DNA of 64,000 bases from Flectonema sp. DT1601 (lineage: Eukaryota), in the NCBI GenBank assembly GCA_964019425.1, contig OZ025782.1, forward strand, positions 1,054,001-1,118,000. The letters run 5' to 3'. The notes beneath the pieces were generated by a model. The model was given only the letters and a program-made list of their open reading frames with translations. It was not told where the DNA came from and made no database searches. A program made the position numbers and the translations under genes. Positions 25,033 to 36,186 of the stretch are shown here, piece by piece (within the stretch, counting starts at the first letter, position 1; every line of letters begins with the position of its first letter).

Positions 25033-28000
25033 TTAAAGGTAATACTTTCTTCCAGTTGCGGTGCGAAAGTGTGAACTCAAATTTTCATTATTGTGGGTTG
25101 CTCTTATAATTACCTGCAACCTCCTTCTGACATTCTTCATAAAAGTGTGAAAGTTCCACGGTTTGTGTTTCCATTTACCAACTGTCACTTCTTCTAACAT
25201 GCAAGAGAGGATATCTTGAGTGGCAATTTGCCATTCCTGAAAGACTTGGAGATCTAAGGGAGCTAAAGCACGGTACTCATCAAGGGTTACTATTCTACCT
25301 GAGTCTCGTCTGTTTAACATGTGTTGGAAGTGAGCAGCATTATCCTTTAAGTGACGTAGTAGAAGTGATCTCGATTTTGAATAAGGACATTCACCAGGTC
25401 CTCCTTCACCATCGTCGCTCATCCCGCTGTTTGATCTTCGTCTGGACTGTTGCTGAGATTTCCGTTTTTCATAAACATTCGAGTAGCCTAACTTGTCATA
25501 ATTATGTTGTGTCGATCTACTCGGAGAAGTTCCTATTGAAGAACCACCAAAAGGAGTGAAGTCTCCTGTTGGTGTTCTTCTACCAGAATTAGAATTTCGA
25601 GTACTCGACTGACGATCAGATGAATGTGAGCGAGGAGGGAAGTTATAGTTCGTATGAAGATGCTTATCATCACGTTGGATGGTTGCGGATGAACTTCTCC
25701 TTCCTGTGATTGCTGATTGAGTCTTTGATCCGAATGAGTGTCTCCTCGCTTCAGCACCTCTCCTTGTTGCCTCTTCTAAGATGTTTGCAGTAATAGGAAT
25801 TGAAATCTCATTGAACTCAGGCCTACCAGTCGACTGCTGACTACCAGATCTGGACCTTGAGCGACTAAACGGTTCTAACTTATCCCGCGGATGACCTGCA
25901 GATCTTCTCCTTTGAATGTCTTTCTGAATACTCAATGAGGTCTTCTCCTGTAAGTTGGGGTCTCTGGGGCTTATCGAGTGACTGCGGTCGTTGAAAGAAG
26001 CGTCGTGACGTTTCTTTTGCTGTTCAACGCTGGAAGTTCGTCGCTCTGAAGCTAACTTGCGCCTCTGAATTTCCTTCTCTATACTCGCTACCGTACGATC
26101 TCGTGATGGGCTGATAGAAGTGGTGGAAGATCGTCTGCTCGAGTTCTTGTCTTGCCCAGCGACGTGAAATAGACCTGTCGAAGTAACTGGATCACTCTTA
26201 ACGGAGTCTTTCTTTATTTGAAGATGATTCCTCCGACTTTGAATCGCGAGGTTAATATTTGAAGCTCTTCTTGTTGCATCCTTGAGGTCTGAGTCACTGA
26301 CTGATTTGTTCCTTCTGTTAGATGGTTTCGTTGTTTCCGCAGCGAGTCTGGCTGATGTGCTCATTCTTCGGGACTTGAGTTCGGACTCAAACTGCCGACG
26401 TGAACCAGAACTCGTTCTTTGAGTCGTTGCTTGCGAAACGCTGTCTAAGTTTAGATGTGAACCCTCATCTCCACCAACAGCTGAGGGAGGCTTTCTGTGA
26501 TTACTCTTTTCAGTATTTGAATGTTGCGAACTTCTTCTTCCTCTGGACTCAACTTCTGTATTTCGCTTTCCACCAGATGTGCTTTTCTTACCTGACTCCG
26601 ACAACGCTAGTAGCTCTCGTTCACCAACTGACTGTCGTTGACCCTCACGTGGAGAGCGCGTCACGAGCTTTGCTTCAAGCGGAGCCTGTGATGGAGGAGA
26701 CGGATTCTCAGCACGAGATACAACTGATTCGTGATTACTCTGAGGAATCGTCCTTTCAACTTCGTTGCTGCCAAAATCGTTGGAACTCAAAGGATCGCGT
26801 GCAGGTGTTGAAAACTCATATCGTTGATCTCCTTCACCAGTTCGGATATTTCTGGTAGTTCGTGTAGCAGATTCCTTCTGAGGTTCTACTAACCCAGACC
26901 GTTTCCCAGCTGTGATTCCATCAGAACTTTGAAGAGGGGGTGGATTGCTGTGGATCCCCAGAGAGGGAGGCGGCTTCTTACGCGAGTTGGAAGCGATGTT
27001 TCGCTCAACGTCCGGAATGTGTGCTGCATCACGAAGGGCTGCACGAGTATGGGAAGGTGCACTCCTTTCGTGAAGAACCGTCGGTTTAGGTGGGCTAATA
27101 TGTGGTTCTGGATCAGGAGAATTAGGACCAGTACTTGTTCTTTTTTCTGTCATCTCCTTACGAATCGGTGCTGATGACGGAGCTGGAGAACTTCTTTCGG
27201 AAGTATTTGAATTCTTCGATTTATTAGAAGCACCACTTCGTAGATTAGGAAGAGGAGCACATTGCTGAGGACAAGTTGGACCTGATTGTTGGGATACAGA
27301 TGAAATAGTTGTTGGGGTTGCAATAATTGTCGTGTTTACTTCATTAGTGTTCTTAACTTCATTCTTTGAAGGTTTTGACTCATCAATTGTTGTGATGTCA
27401 TCGCATTGAATCCCAACAGCAATTCCAACACTCAGACTGCTCTGACAGGAGGAATTCCTACGAAGTACCCTCCGAATAGAAGATTGTCGAGACTGTGAGT
27501 AAGTAGAATGATGAATGTGTTCCTCTACTCCTCGTCCATCATCAGTTCCAGCATCTGATGTTCTAACAGATCTGCAGGTTTGTGGAGTAGCAGCAGTTCT
27601 AATAATTTCCTCACGAGCAGCGTGGTATTGTTGTTTTAATAAAGTCATTTGTTGAAAGGCAGACCCGACAATATCTTCTTCACGACTATGACTGGCGACA
27701 TGAGTACGAGTACCAACACCAGCTGCTACTGAAGTAGTTCTAGTGATTGATGTTGGTGACGACCTTGATGTCTGTGGGATTGGTGATGAAGAAGAAGTTG
27801 AATTAGAATCTCCCGGACGATTGGAATATCTTTTTGGACTAATTCGACGATGGTGTTGATCGAAGTCAGGAACTTTAAACGAAAGATCAGGAGCTTCCGC
27901 TGGCTGTGGAGTAGTCGTTCTCGTTGTCGCGGTACTTCTCTGAATGTGTGTAGTACTCACTACAACATGTTCTTCATTAGCCTTCCAAACACTTGAAGTG

Positions 28001-28104
28001 AGAACTCCCAACAAGGAAGATATTTCTTGTTTTAAATCACACAGTGATCCCTTCACATTCTCATCATAAACAGGTTCTACGGGGTGTCGTTCTTTCTTAC
28101 TCAT
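25033..28104 (-). CDS. Hypothetical S/R/T-rich, largely disordered protein
   Basis: Uninterrupted ORF of about 1020 codons with low complexity and a short folded-looking C-terminus. ATG at 28104 follows TTTTACAG. Confidence 0.75.
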   Translation of the reverse strand: MSKKERHPVEPVYDENVKGSLCDLKQEISSLLGVLTSSVWKANEEHVVVSTTHIQRSTATTRTTTPQPAEAPDLSFKVPDFDQHHRRISPKRYSNRPGDSNSTSSSSPIPQTSRSSPTSITRTTSVAAGVGTRTHVASHSREEDIVGSAFQQMTLLKQQYHAAREEIIRTAATPQTCRSVRTSDAGTDDGRGVEEHIHHSTYSQSRQSSIRRVLRRNSSCQSSLSVGIAVGIQCDDITTIDESKPSKNEVKNTNEVNTTIIATPTTISSVSQQSGPTCPQQCAPLPNLRSGASNKSKNSNTSERSSPAPSSAPIRKEMTEKRTSTGPNSPDPEPHISPPKPTVLHERSAPSHTRAALRDAAHIPDVERNIASNSRKKPPPSLGIHSNPPPLQSSDGITAGKRSGLVEPQKESATRTTRNIRTGEGDQRYEFSTPARDPLSSNDFGSNEVERTIPQSNHESVVSRAENPSPPSQAPLEAKLVTRSPREGQRQSVGERELLALSESGKKSTSGGKRNTEVESRGRRSSQHSNTEKSNHRKPPSAVGGDEGSHLNLDSVSQATTQRTSSGSRRQFESELKSRRMSTSARLAAETTKPSNRRNKSVSDSDLKDATRRASNINLAIQSRRNHLQIKKDSVKSDPVTSTGLFHVAGQDKNSSRRSSTTSISPSRDRTVASIEKEIQRRKLASERRTSSVEQQKKRHDASFNDRSHSISPRDPNLQEKTSLSIQKDIQRRRSAGHPRDKLEPFSRSRSRSGSQQSTGRPEFNEISIPITANILEEATRRGAEARRHSFGSKTQSAITGRRSSSATIQRDDKHLHTNYNFPPRSHSSDRQSSTRNSNSGRRTPTGDFTPFGGSSIGTSPSRSTQHNYDKLGYSNVYEKRKSQQQSRRRSNSGMSDDGEGGPGECPYSKSRSLLLRHLKDNAAHFQHMLNRRDSGRIVTLDEYRALAPLDLQVFQEWQIATQDILSCMLEEVTVGKWKHKPWNFHTFMKNVRRRLQVIIRATHNNENLSSHFRTATGRKYYL

Positions 28105-28382
28105 TTCATAGTCTCTGTAAAACAAATAATTTCAATACTTGCTGACAATACAAAGACTTTGAACTTTGACAGCTGCAGCACACATGAGTTCTGTTTCTGT
28201 TTATGAGAATTATAATTTCGTATTATGCAAAATAATCTTTTTTAATTTTCACAATGAAATTAAAGTTTCAGATACAATACAAAAAAGAACCTTAATTGCT
28301 GGTAACACACAAGTTGGTAACAAACAAAAAAAAAAAAAAAAAAAAAGAACACCCCGAATCCACCCATCTATGGCAAGTCAAT

Positions 28383-29189
28383 TTAATATTTTCGATTTGG
28401 AGAACACGAACGAGTTCTTGAAGGTGACGTTGACCTTCGAGGAGTCCAAGGATGAGTAACTGCAGAACCCAACATAATAGGAAGTGTAATTAGAGAGCCA
28501 TGTCTTTCAATAATCATAGTTATAATAGTACCAGGTGCATATGAAGCAAGAAGACCTCTCATATCTGATCGGGCAACAACAGGGTGAGACTCAATAGATC
28601 GAATGACATCATTGGCGTACACTCCAGCTAACTCACATGGCCCTCCTTCAGCAACAGAAACAACTCTAACTCCGCGATGATCTTCTCCCAAATCAGCTCC
28701 AATAATTGAAGGTATCCTTTCTTCAATAATAGGAGGAGGCATTACCGGCATTGGTGGTGGCACTGGTATAGCCATCGGAGACGGAACTGGTATCGGTACA
28801 ACAGGAACAGGAATAGGAACTACCTGAGTTGCCGCTAATATACCCAACTCTCTTATTAAGTATGAGAATGATGGAAGTGAGTGTAGACACTTTACTCTTG
28901 CTGCTGGGTCAAGTGATTCGTTGGCGAGTTGCATTTCGTAGCCGCTGAGTTGAAATAATTGCATCATATCTCTGACTGTTCTTTCTAGTTGTTGAATTCT
29001 ATCACCCTGATCAGCAACTGTATTACGAAGTTCAGAAAGTTCTGATGTATCTGCTACCACTTCAATACGAGTGTTTGGAGTTACAGTTCGTTGTCTTTGA
29101 GGACTTACAGGAAGTCCCTTTGCCATCTCTTCCAACCTCGCTACGTGATCCTCAACACGAAGGATATTCGAACGAGGGCTAGCAGACAT
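28383..29189 (-). CDS. Coiled-coil + Pro/Val-rich + PDZ domain protein
   Basis: GVRVVSVAEGGPCELAGVYANDVIRSIE..PGTIITMIIER is a PDZ signature. Confidence 0.85.
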   Translation of the reverse strand: MSASPRSNILRVEDHVARLEEMAKGLPVSPQRQRTVTPNTRIEVVADTSELSELRNTVADQGDRIQQLERTVRDMMQLFQLSGYEMQLANESLDPAARVKCLHSLPSFSYLIRELGILAATQVVPIPVPVVPIPVPSPMAIPVPPPMPVMPPPIIEERIPSIIGADLGEDHRGVRVVSVAEGGPCELAGVYANDVIRSIESHPVVARSDMRGLLASYAPGTIITMIIERHGSLITLPIMLGSAVTHPWTPRRSTSPSRTRSCSPNRKY

Positions 29190-29563
29190 ATTGTCTAAAA
29201 GGGTAAAACCTGTTGGAAGTTATTTAAATTATAATAAATCACTTGGAAAACGATATTTACGATTACTAACCAACCAAACAGCTCCACAATATTTTATTAA
29301 TCAACTGTTGAGAAAGTAGTTAAGTTCCCTCACTATAACGCATTCACTAGTAAAACAAAGCCTATTACAGATACAAAGAGGAACACATAATTTTCCTCAG
29401 GTATGACACAGCTAAGGTAGCCTTAACGCTACTAACCCGCAAACATGAGTGGTGGTGGGGAGGTGTTTTTCGGAAGTTTTTATCGGAAGAGAGATATCAA
29501 AAAACTAATGGTAGCTATGATCATGACAACCTACCCACGTTGGGAGTGAATGAAGCCTACTCT

Positions 29564-32188
29564 TCAAAGAATCGATTTATCGGGAACCATACTTCTCGCT
29601 TGACTGTCTTTCAGTGTGAGTGACCTCCACCTTGCCAAGTGTTCATTCTTCTTTTGACTCTCTTGCTGCATTAATGATTGCAAAGCATTCTTCTGAGAGC
29701 TATTCTTGGCACCCAATTGATCCCACTCAGGTATGACACCAGCTAGTGGAACATAAACATTTGCAGGAGCGCCGTTGATGAACATCTTAGCGAATGAATG
29801 AGAAAGTTCTACGTCTTCTGGAACAAGAGATCCAATTAGAAGTGGAGTAATACTTTCTGGTGCACATGTTAGAAATAAATGTGACATTCCATCACCGAGT
29901 GGTTTGATATTTATTTGATCAGTAGCAGGACTTATCCCGTTGTGTGATTCACGTGCTGCAATCCAAACCTCTGCTGTCGCATTACTTGAGGTATTTCTAA
30001 CATACGCTGCTGGTGCTGCTATCACTGTCGTGTCGTTAAATATTTCCCAATTGTCTACATCTGTTAAGACTTTCCAATTTGATACCAAACAGGGTGAGTT
30101 AGCCTGCTGACCTGCCGCAATGTAACCCATTCCGTTAGTCACATGAATCTCTTCATCTGTTATGGTCCAAATACCTCTTGTTGATTGATATAAGAGACCT
30201 GTTCCAGGAGAGACCTGTTTCCATATTGGTTTCTCATTGACTGTTATTCCACTTGAATCCATTAAGTAGACACCTGCTAAGTCTCTGTAGTCCTCTCCAC
30301 CACCCACAACGCGTACTTGTTCCGGGTGATTTGGAATAACAAGTTCTACGTAGTTATTTAATGGAATGGTTTCTCCTTTAATTTGATCTTTAATTATTTT
30401 AGTTTTATGAATCACTGGTCGGTGAGGGCTCTCTGAACGTCTAGCGTCACCGATTGTTGAATTGTTAGGTGGACCTAAGAAATCAAGTGGTCGCTTTGGT
30501 TCCCAAGAGGTACTAATAACTTCTGATGGTTGAATAGGTGTGTTGCATACTCTCATTGGAGAATCTCCAACAGGGATCGATGATGAAGGGAGAGAGACGA
30601 TTTCATTCTGAGCATCTGGTATGTAACTCTGTTGGGCATACGCTGATTGTGAAGGGATACTAACAGCTGACTGTTGTAATTGAGGTGTCGTTGTTTCCAT
30701 CACCTGACGTGGTGGTGATGGCAACTTGTGAGAAGCTGGTGTATCAAGAACGTCATTCCTGGGAGGGGAAATGTATTTGCCAGCCTTTGCAGAGTTTAAA
30801 ATCGAAGCTACTCTATCAGTAACGGTGTTTTCATCAATTGGCTGCCAAGATTGATCTACTTGTTGAGTTGCATTCTGCTGATTACGAATCCTTCTCTCAG
30901 CATCAATAAACTGATGACTCTTCTCAGGAAATGAATTAGATAAGATAATCAAGTTGTGTGGTAGCATTAAACGAGGTTTACTGTCTCCATCGAGCATTAT
31001 CTTACAAGTACCAGCTACCTTATCGATTGAAAGGATGACTCCTATTTTGTCGTTATAGAGTTCATCTCTTGTAAGACCTTGTGTTTGAATACGACTTCCT
31101 GGTTTTAGTTTGTTGTGTTTCTCTTCATTTTGTTCTTCTGGAGTTGGTACCCATTTGTGTCTTATTTTAGCGACAGTTGCCCATTTAGGAGGTTCTTTGA
31201 GAGGCTTTGTTATTATCTCATCGACTCTGTTCCTTACTTCCGCATGGGTTGGAACTATTTTCTTCGAGTCCTTACCATACGTAACACCTCCAGTTACATG
31301 TTTGACACGTCCTCTTGCCAACATGTCAATGGTTGCTGCATCTGGTCCGTCTGGTTGAAAAGCATCAGCCATATGTTTATTAATATAAGGAGGTGTTTTG
31401 TAATTAATTGGAGGTGGTTGATGGGATTGGACTACGACGTAGGCAGGTGCTGATGGAAGATCGTCGATTGAAGAAAATATTTTATCAATTTTTGGGAATT
31501 GCATTGCAAGTGATCTCGACAGAGGTGATGAATAATCACCTGGTCCTGTAGTCGCGAGATCATTTCTTAATTCTTCACGAAGACGTTCAACTTCAGCTTC
31601 TTGACGTTTGACAGGATCGCCTTCAGAGTATGCAGTTGCGAGAGTTATGACACAGACTGTACCATATCGTGGTTGTTCTTTAATTGATACACCGCAGACT
31701 CCAACACCAGAGTGGAGTAAGTTGACTCGATGACCTCTTCCAGGAACACCATCATCAACAAGTAATGAAATAATAATATCTCTAGCTGTGTGTGATCCCA
31801 TTGAAATGCATTCAAAGCATTGCCCAGCCCATTCACCGTATCGATTTAATCTATCAGAAGGAGAGCTTCCATCAGAACCAACATGACCAGTTCTCCCCTT
31901 GGATAAGTCAGTTGCATGAATCTGAGCAGCGCGTATCATTCCAACAGGAGTTGTGCTAATTCTATTTAGTTGTGGTTGCATCTTTAAGACCTGAATACAT
32001 TCGTGGTAGGCAGATTTTCCCTCTACCAATGCAATAGGAATTTCACCTGGTCGACATAACTTTCCATCTCTTACTCTGTCTGATTCTCTAGCAATTAATA
32101 ACGCGTACTGTTGAGGATTTGATCTGACGTTACTTAACTCCTGAACCACTTCTCGTTCCATTGGAGACATCATTCCCCATCCTGACAT
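29564..32188 (-). CDS. CAP/SCP-domain multidomain protein
   Basis: N-terminal GHVGSDGSSPSDRLNRYG..LLVDDGVPGRGHRVNLL (CAP/SCP). An internal SH3-like segment GSRIQTQGL..YNDKIGVI. No signal peptide. Confidence 0.85.
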   Translation of the reverse strand: MSGWGMMSPMEREVVQELSNVRSNPQQYALLIARESDRVRDGKLCRPGEIPIALVEGKSAYHECIQVLKMQPQLNRISTTPVGMIRAAQIHATDLSKGRTGHVGSDGSSPSDRLNRYGEWAGQCFECISMGSHTARDIIISLLVDDGVPGRGHRVNLLHSGVGVCGVSIKEQPRYGTVCVITLATAYSEGDPVKRQEAEVERLREELRNDLATTGPGDYSSPLSRSLAMQFPKIDKIFSSIDDLPSAPAYVVVQSHQPPPINYKTPPYINKHMADAFQPDGPDAATIDMLARGRVKHVTGGVTYGKDSKKIVPTHAEVRNRVDEIITKPLKEPPKWATVAKIRHKWVPTPEEQNEEKHNKLKPGSRIQTQGLTRDELYNDKIGVILSIDKVAGTCKIMLDGDSKPRLMLPHNLIILSNSFPEKSHQFIDAERRIRNQQNATQQVDQSWQPIDENTVTDRVASILNSAKAGKYISPPRNDVLDTPASHKLPSPPRQVMETTTPQLQQSAVSIPSQSAYAQQSYIPDAQNEIVSLPSSSIPVGDSPMRVCNTPIQPSEVISTSWEPKRPLDFLGPPNNSTIGDARRSESPHRPVIHKTKIIKDQIKGETIPLNNYVELVIPNHPEQVRVVGGGEDYRDLAGVYLMDSSGITVNEKPIWKQVSPGTGLLYQSTRGIWTITDEEIHVTNGMGYIAAGQQANSPCLVSNWKVLTDVDNWEIFNDTTVIAAPAAYVRNTSSNATAEVWIAARESHNGISPATDQINIKPLGDGMSHLFLTCAPESITPLLIGSLVPEDVELSHSFAKMFINGAPANVYVPLAGVIPEWDQLGAKNSSQKNALQSLMQQESQKKNEHLARWRSLTLKDSQARSMVPDKSIL

Positions 32189-32521
32189 TGGTCTGTAGAA
32201 TAGAAAATTATTTTTTTAAATTTTAAGAAATCTGATTTCACGAACATAAACCTGAATCATTGTTCTCTCTTTTTTTTTTTTTTTTTTGCATCCAAAGAAC
32301 AATTTAATTACACAGGTCAGTGAACTGATTGTACTCTTTTTACTGCTATTGACAACTACAAAATAAGACTACTGCTGACATGGGTAGCATAGCTCGCATG
32401 ATTATATTGTGTTAGAATATGAGTTTGTTAGCATCAGTAGTTATCAGTCAATCAAAAAAAAAAAAAAAAAATCAAATCAAAAATTCGTGAGGAGCTTGTT
32501 AGTTGAAAACAACGAAAATTC

Positions 32522-32554
<33 letters not shown>

Positions 32555-32785
32555 ATTATTTTATTGAGATAGCAATTGAGAAAAATAATTGTAACGTAAC
32601 TTATGAAAAGTACCCAATACGGACAACTGAAAAATAAAATAAAATGATATTTAGTAAATAAAAGACCTCACTTATTCGTCCTCCTTGAACCACAGAATAC
32701 AATTCAAGAGGACAATCAAAGTCAAAGGCAGACATAAAACGATTACATCTGAAAAAGTTTTGTTTTTAATCTCACTTATATTAAT

Positions 32786-34093
32786 TCAACTTCGAGGTGT
32801 TACTTTCGAAGAACCCGACCTTCCATAAGAACCACTACCACTACCACTCTCAGCTGGTGGGAAGGTAAACTTCTCGTATGATTTCCCTCTTGAACTGCCG
32901 TTGATGTTGTTGTTGTTACCTTGATGACCTGCATTAGCATTCTGACTATGATGATGATGATGATGGTGGTTGTGGTTGTGATTATGACTGTTGATGAATG
33001 ATGTGAAGTTATCTGGATGCTGAGACTTGTAGAGATATTTAAATCTAAGTTGTGGAAGGAGGATTGCAATCATAATAACCACCAAGACTGGTGTAGTTCC
33101 AATTGTTAAGCCGACCATAAAGATTGACCAACCTGTGAACCCGACGAGATTTCCAGAGAAAGCGTACTGACCAGATGATTCCTTGTCGAAGTCTAGAGTT
33201 CCGTTTGTTGAAACTTCTGAATTCAAAATCGGATCATAAATAGACCTCACAGTCACACTCACAACAGATAAATTAGCGTACCATCTGCTCTTTGGTAGAG
33301 TAGTTGGAACCTCATGACTTGGTCCGCCTTTATTGTGAATTATCTGTTTTGATATATCATTTCCATCTACTAAACTATAACCTCCATATCCCCATGATGA
33401 CACAGGGTGACCACATCCAACAAGGTCATTTGGATTTGTTGAACAACCAGCCTCTGTATTCTTTTGAAAGGGTTCTATACCCCACTTAGACTTCGTCTTA
33501 TTGACAGTAATACAAATCCTATTCAGAACAAATATATTAAAGCAATGAGAGATTCCACGATTCTTCCAAAACAGTCCAAGTTGATTATCGCAGGTAGTCT
33601 CATCAGTGATGTCAGTTGCTTTCCAGGCGAAAACCGGAACTAATATCGGTGTTGATATTTCTGAAGAGATATTTCCCTTTTTGTGGAGTAGCGTTACAGA
33701 CATGACAGTGTTGTTGTCACACTCAAATGCGACTCTGTTGCGAAGTAGACCAGGACCGTCGTCTGTTTTATATGTTAAAGCTTGATACGTATTGTACTCT
33801 CTCCCTGGTGGTTCTCCTTCTGTGCTATTTGTTAACATTCTAAGTGGACTGCAGTGTTGTTCTTTTGTTGATCTACAGACTAGGAAATCGTTGTCCTTAA
33901 AAACTGTAATTCCATTTTCTCCCCAAGCCTGAACTGCATCATTGTACTGCTGCAGTAAATCAGATGGAGTAAATGAATACAATCCAACCGCTCCTATAAT
34001 TACTAAAATTATTCCACTCAGTACCATTGCTCCGATCATAACTCCGATGGGTTTACATCCCGCAAGTGGGCGGCATATCCCCCCACCCAGCAT
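32786..34093 (-). CDS. Two-TM membrane protein with Cys-rich lumenal loop and His/Asn-rich tail
   Basis: 435-aa ORF with hydrophobic segments at both ends and a HNHNHNHHHHHHH run. Confidence 0.75.
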   Translation of the reverse strand: MLGGGICRPLAGCKPIGVMIGAMVLSGIILVIIGAVGLYSFTPSDLLQQYNDAVQAWGENGITVFKDNDFLVCRSTKEQHCSPLRMLTNSTEGEPPGREYNTYQALTYKTDDGPGLLRNRVAFECDNNTVMSVTLLHKKGNISSEISTPILVPVFAWKATDITDETTCDNQLGLFWKNRGISHCFNIFVLNRICITVNKTKSKWGIEPFQKNTEAGCSTNPNDLVGCGHPVSSWGYGGYSLVDGNDISKQIIHNKGGPSHEVPTTLPKSRWYANLSVVSVTVRSIYDPILNSEVSTNGTLDFDKESSGQYAFSGNLVGFTGWSIFMVGLTIGTTPVLVVIMIAILLPQLRFKYLYKSQHPDNFTSFINSHNHNHNHHHHHHHSQNANAGHQGNNNNINGSSRGKSYEKFTFPPAESGSGSGSYGRSGSSKVTPRS

Positions 34094-34269
34094 ATATTTA
34101 TTACCAATTCGTCCCTTTCTGTAAAAGGTAAAATAATATTTATATTAGAAGTCACTTTGTATAGACAAATAATAGTAGTCAATACCACTCTCATCAAGAA
34201 TTTTTAAAAATAGAAGTGAAGTTGTACAACAATAAACTAAAGTGATAAAATCTATTTTTACTCTACTCT

Positions 34270-34992
34270 TCATCTGATAGAATCCATTGCTTCATTAGCG
34301 AGTTCGTCAGCCCTCGAGTTCTTAGCTCTTTCTATGTGTGCGAATAGGAGTTTTACGTTTCTTTTTTTCAGTATAGCTACTGCAGCAGAAGCTCTTTTGT
34401 GCCATTCTGCAAGTCGGGGATTGTGAACTCTCCAGCTTCCCTTCATTTGGTTTATTACAAGAAGACTATCTCCCAAAACTTTGACTTCAGAAGGTACGTC
34501 TTCATGCTTTGATAGTTTTTCAAGTCCTTTTGTAAGTGCGCAGTATTCAGCTTCGTTGTTAGTGGCTGTGTCTGGGAGAGGATACGATCCCGACCACAAT
34601 TCTGTCTTTCCTTTTTGGAAATGGAAACCAGCGCCTGCGATTCCAGGATTCCCTCGACTTCCACCATCAAACAACAGGTAATGTGAATTATTACTAATAG
34701 TCGACTCAGTTAGTGAATCACCTGAACTAACTTTAATCTGACTACGGATTGGTTTAAATGAACTCTTACTCGCAAGCTGAGGGTTTGCAATTCGTGTCGT
34801 TGCTAATTGCTTGTACTGCATCACAAACGCTTTAGCTTCACTCTCCGTGCTGAATGATTTAAATTTAGCACCAGTATGTCCATTTACCTGCAACTTACAA
34901 TCATTCCACGTTCTAAAGATCCCAGTACTTCTTCCTCTTGCCACGGCGTAGAATTTTCCTCCCATGCTAGCGTTGCCTCTAGACTTAGGCAT
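34270..34992 (-). CDS. Ribonuclease H1: hybrid-binding domain + archaeal/actinobacterial-type RNase HI domain
   Basis: HBD motif KFYAVARGRSTGIFRTWNDC..GAKFKSF. Catalytic motifs FDGGSRGNPG, TNNEAEY, GDSLLVINQ and NSRADELAN (D-E-D-D). ATG at 34992 follows CCACAG|GAAGG. Confidence 0.92.
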   Translation of the reverse strand: MPKSRGNASMGGKFYAVARGRSTGIFRTWNDCKLQVNGHTGAKFKSFSTESEAKAFVMQYKQLATTRIANPQLASKSSFKPIRSQIKVSSGDSLTESTISNNSHYLLFDGGSRGNPGIAGAGFHFQKGKTELWSGSYPLPDTATNNEAEYCALTKGLEKLSKHEDVPSEVKVLGDSLLVINQMKGSWRVHNPRLAEWHKRASAAVAILKKRNVKLLFAHIERAKNSRADELANEAMDSIR

Positions 34993-35367
34993 CCTTCCTG
35001 TGGTAAGAAAATAATGATAAATTTCACACGCTTGTAATACCCCAATGGGAATAAAACTGGTTATGCCCGCATGAGGGAATTGAATGACGTAAGGTTTATA
35101 CTTATTTGGAAGAAGAATTACCAATATTGAGAAAAAAGTAGTTTTTATAAAATATCACAAACCCCTCGTCCTTTACTCAAAAAACACATTTTTTTTCAAA
35201 TATAGTAAAGCCTCCCGGAGAAAATATGACCGTAGTCTTTAAAGGTAAGAAAATTGATCAATAGTCAATAAGTGTGCTTTGTAACCTACCTAAGTGGGGA
35301 TTCTTTTTTTAACTCGAAACTTCTATTCCGAAGTTAGTATACGAGATTATTAAAAAAAAAAATAGTA

Positions 35368-35660
35368 AAAAACATTGTTCTCCGTATAACCCTAGTGGAA
35401 AACATAGTTTCATTCCATAATCTTATACTATTTGTCCCTTTTTTTTTTTTGGCCTTCATGAGCACAAGTTCTGGGGACTTATTCCAAATTTCTTGAAAAT
35501 CAGTTTCAAAAGTGTTCCTTTTAAACTCGTCCAAGTTAGTTAAATTAGCCAGCATCAGTAACGACCCAATCTCGAAGATTGTAGTTTTATAGCTTCGGCT
35601 GGAAGTCGATCGACTTCCAGCTCTCACCTTGCCCAGAGGCTAACAGGTTGAAATACAACT
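35368..35660. repeat. Composite of repeat family A and family B modules
   Basis: Family A motifs are followed by GACCCAATC..GATTGT..TATAGCTTCGGCTG..CACCTT..CTAACAGGTTG, shared with ~51700-51765, 59170-59225 and 62645-62740. Confidence 0.7.
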
Positions 35661-36186
35661 AAAGAAAATAAAAGTTTAGTAAAAGAGAAATGATCTGGGA
35701 GAAGGAGGGGGGAAAGGTGAAAAAAAAAAAAAAAAAAATCTTTATTATTCCATAATATTATAGTATATTATACAGGATCTCTCTTTATAATACGACTTAC
35801 GTGCCATATGCCCAACATACCACGAAAAAAAATAGAAACAACTTACCGGGAGCTTTATGAAAGTTCCACAAAAATTAGGCAGCACATAGCCATATCACTC
35901 AGCAAGAAATGAAAACAAAAGGATCAGGTAAGATGACAGTCAGTTTAAAGTCATAACTGCGCCGGACCAAAAGTAGCTTCTGGTAACAAATTTATAAATA
36001 AAAAGAAATAAAAAAACTTTTTAAAAAAAAGGCAGTTAGAAAACCATCGGCTTTATAACTGCTATTATTTTTTTCGTAAGAATGAACTACTCAGATTGGT
36101 TGCCAGGAGGGTTTCCGTATTTCACCTGACGGGAAATAGTCAGTTCTGAGCCCAGTAACGTTTGCTCGCTCTCCATCTTTTTTATT

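Noticed and set aside
29402..29422. TATGACacagcTAAGGTAGCC, similar to the LSU R2/I-PpoI target TATGACTCTCTTAAGGTAGCC
   Set aside because: Only 16 of 21 nt match and the flanks do not continue as rRNA, so it cannot be distinguished from chance.
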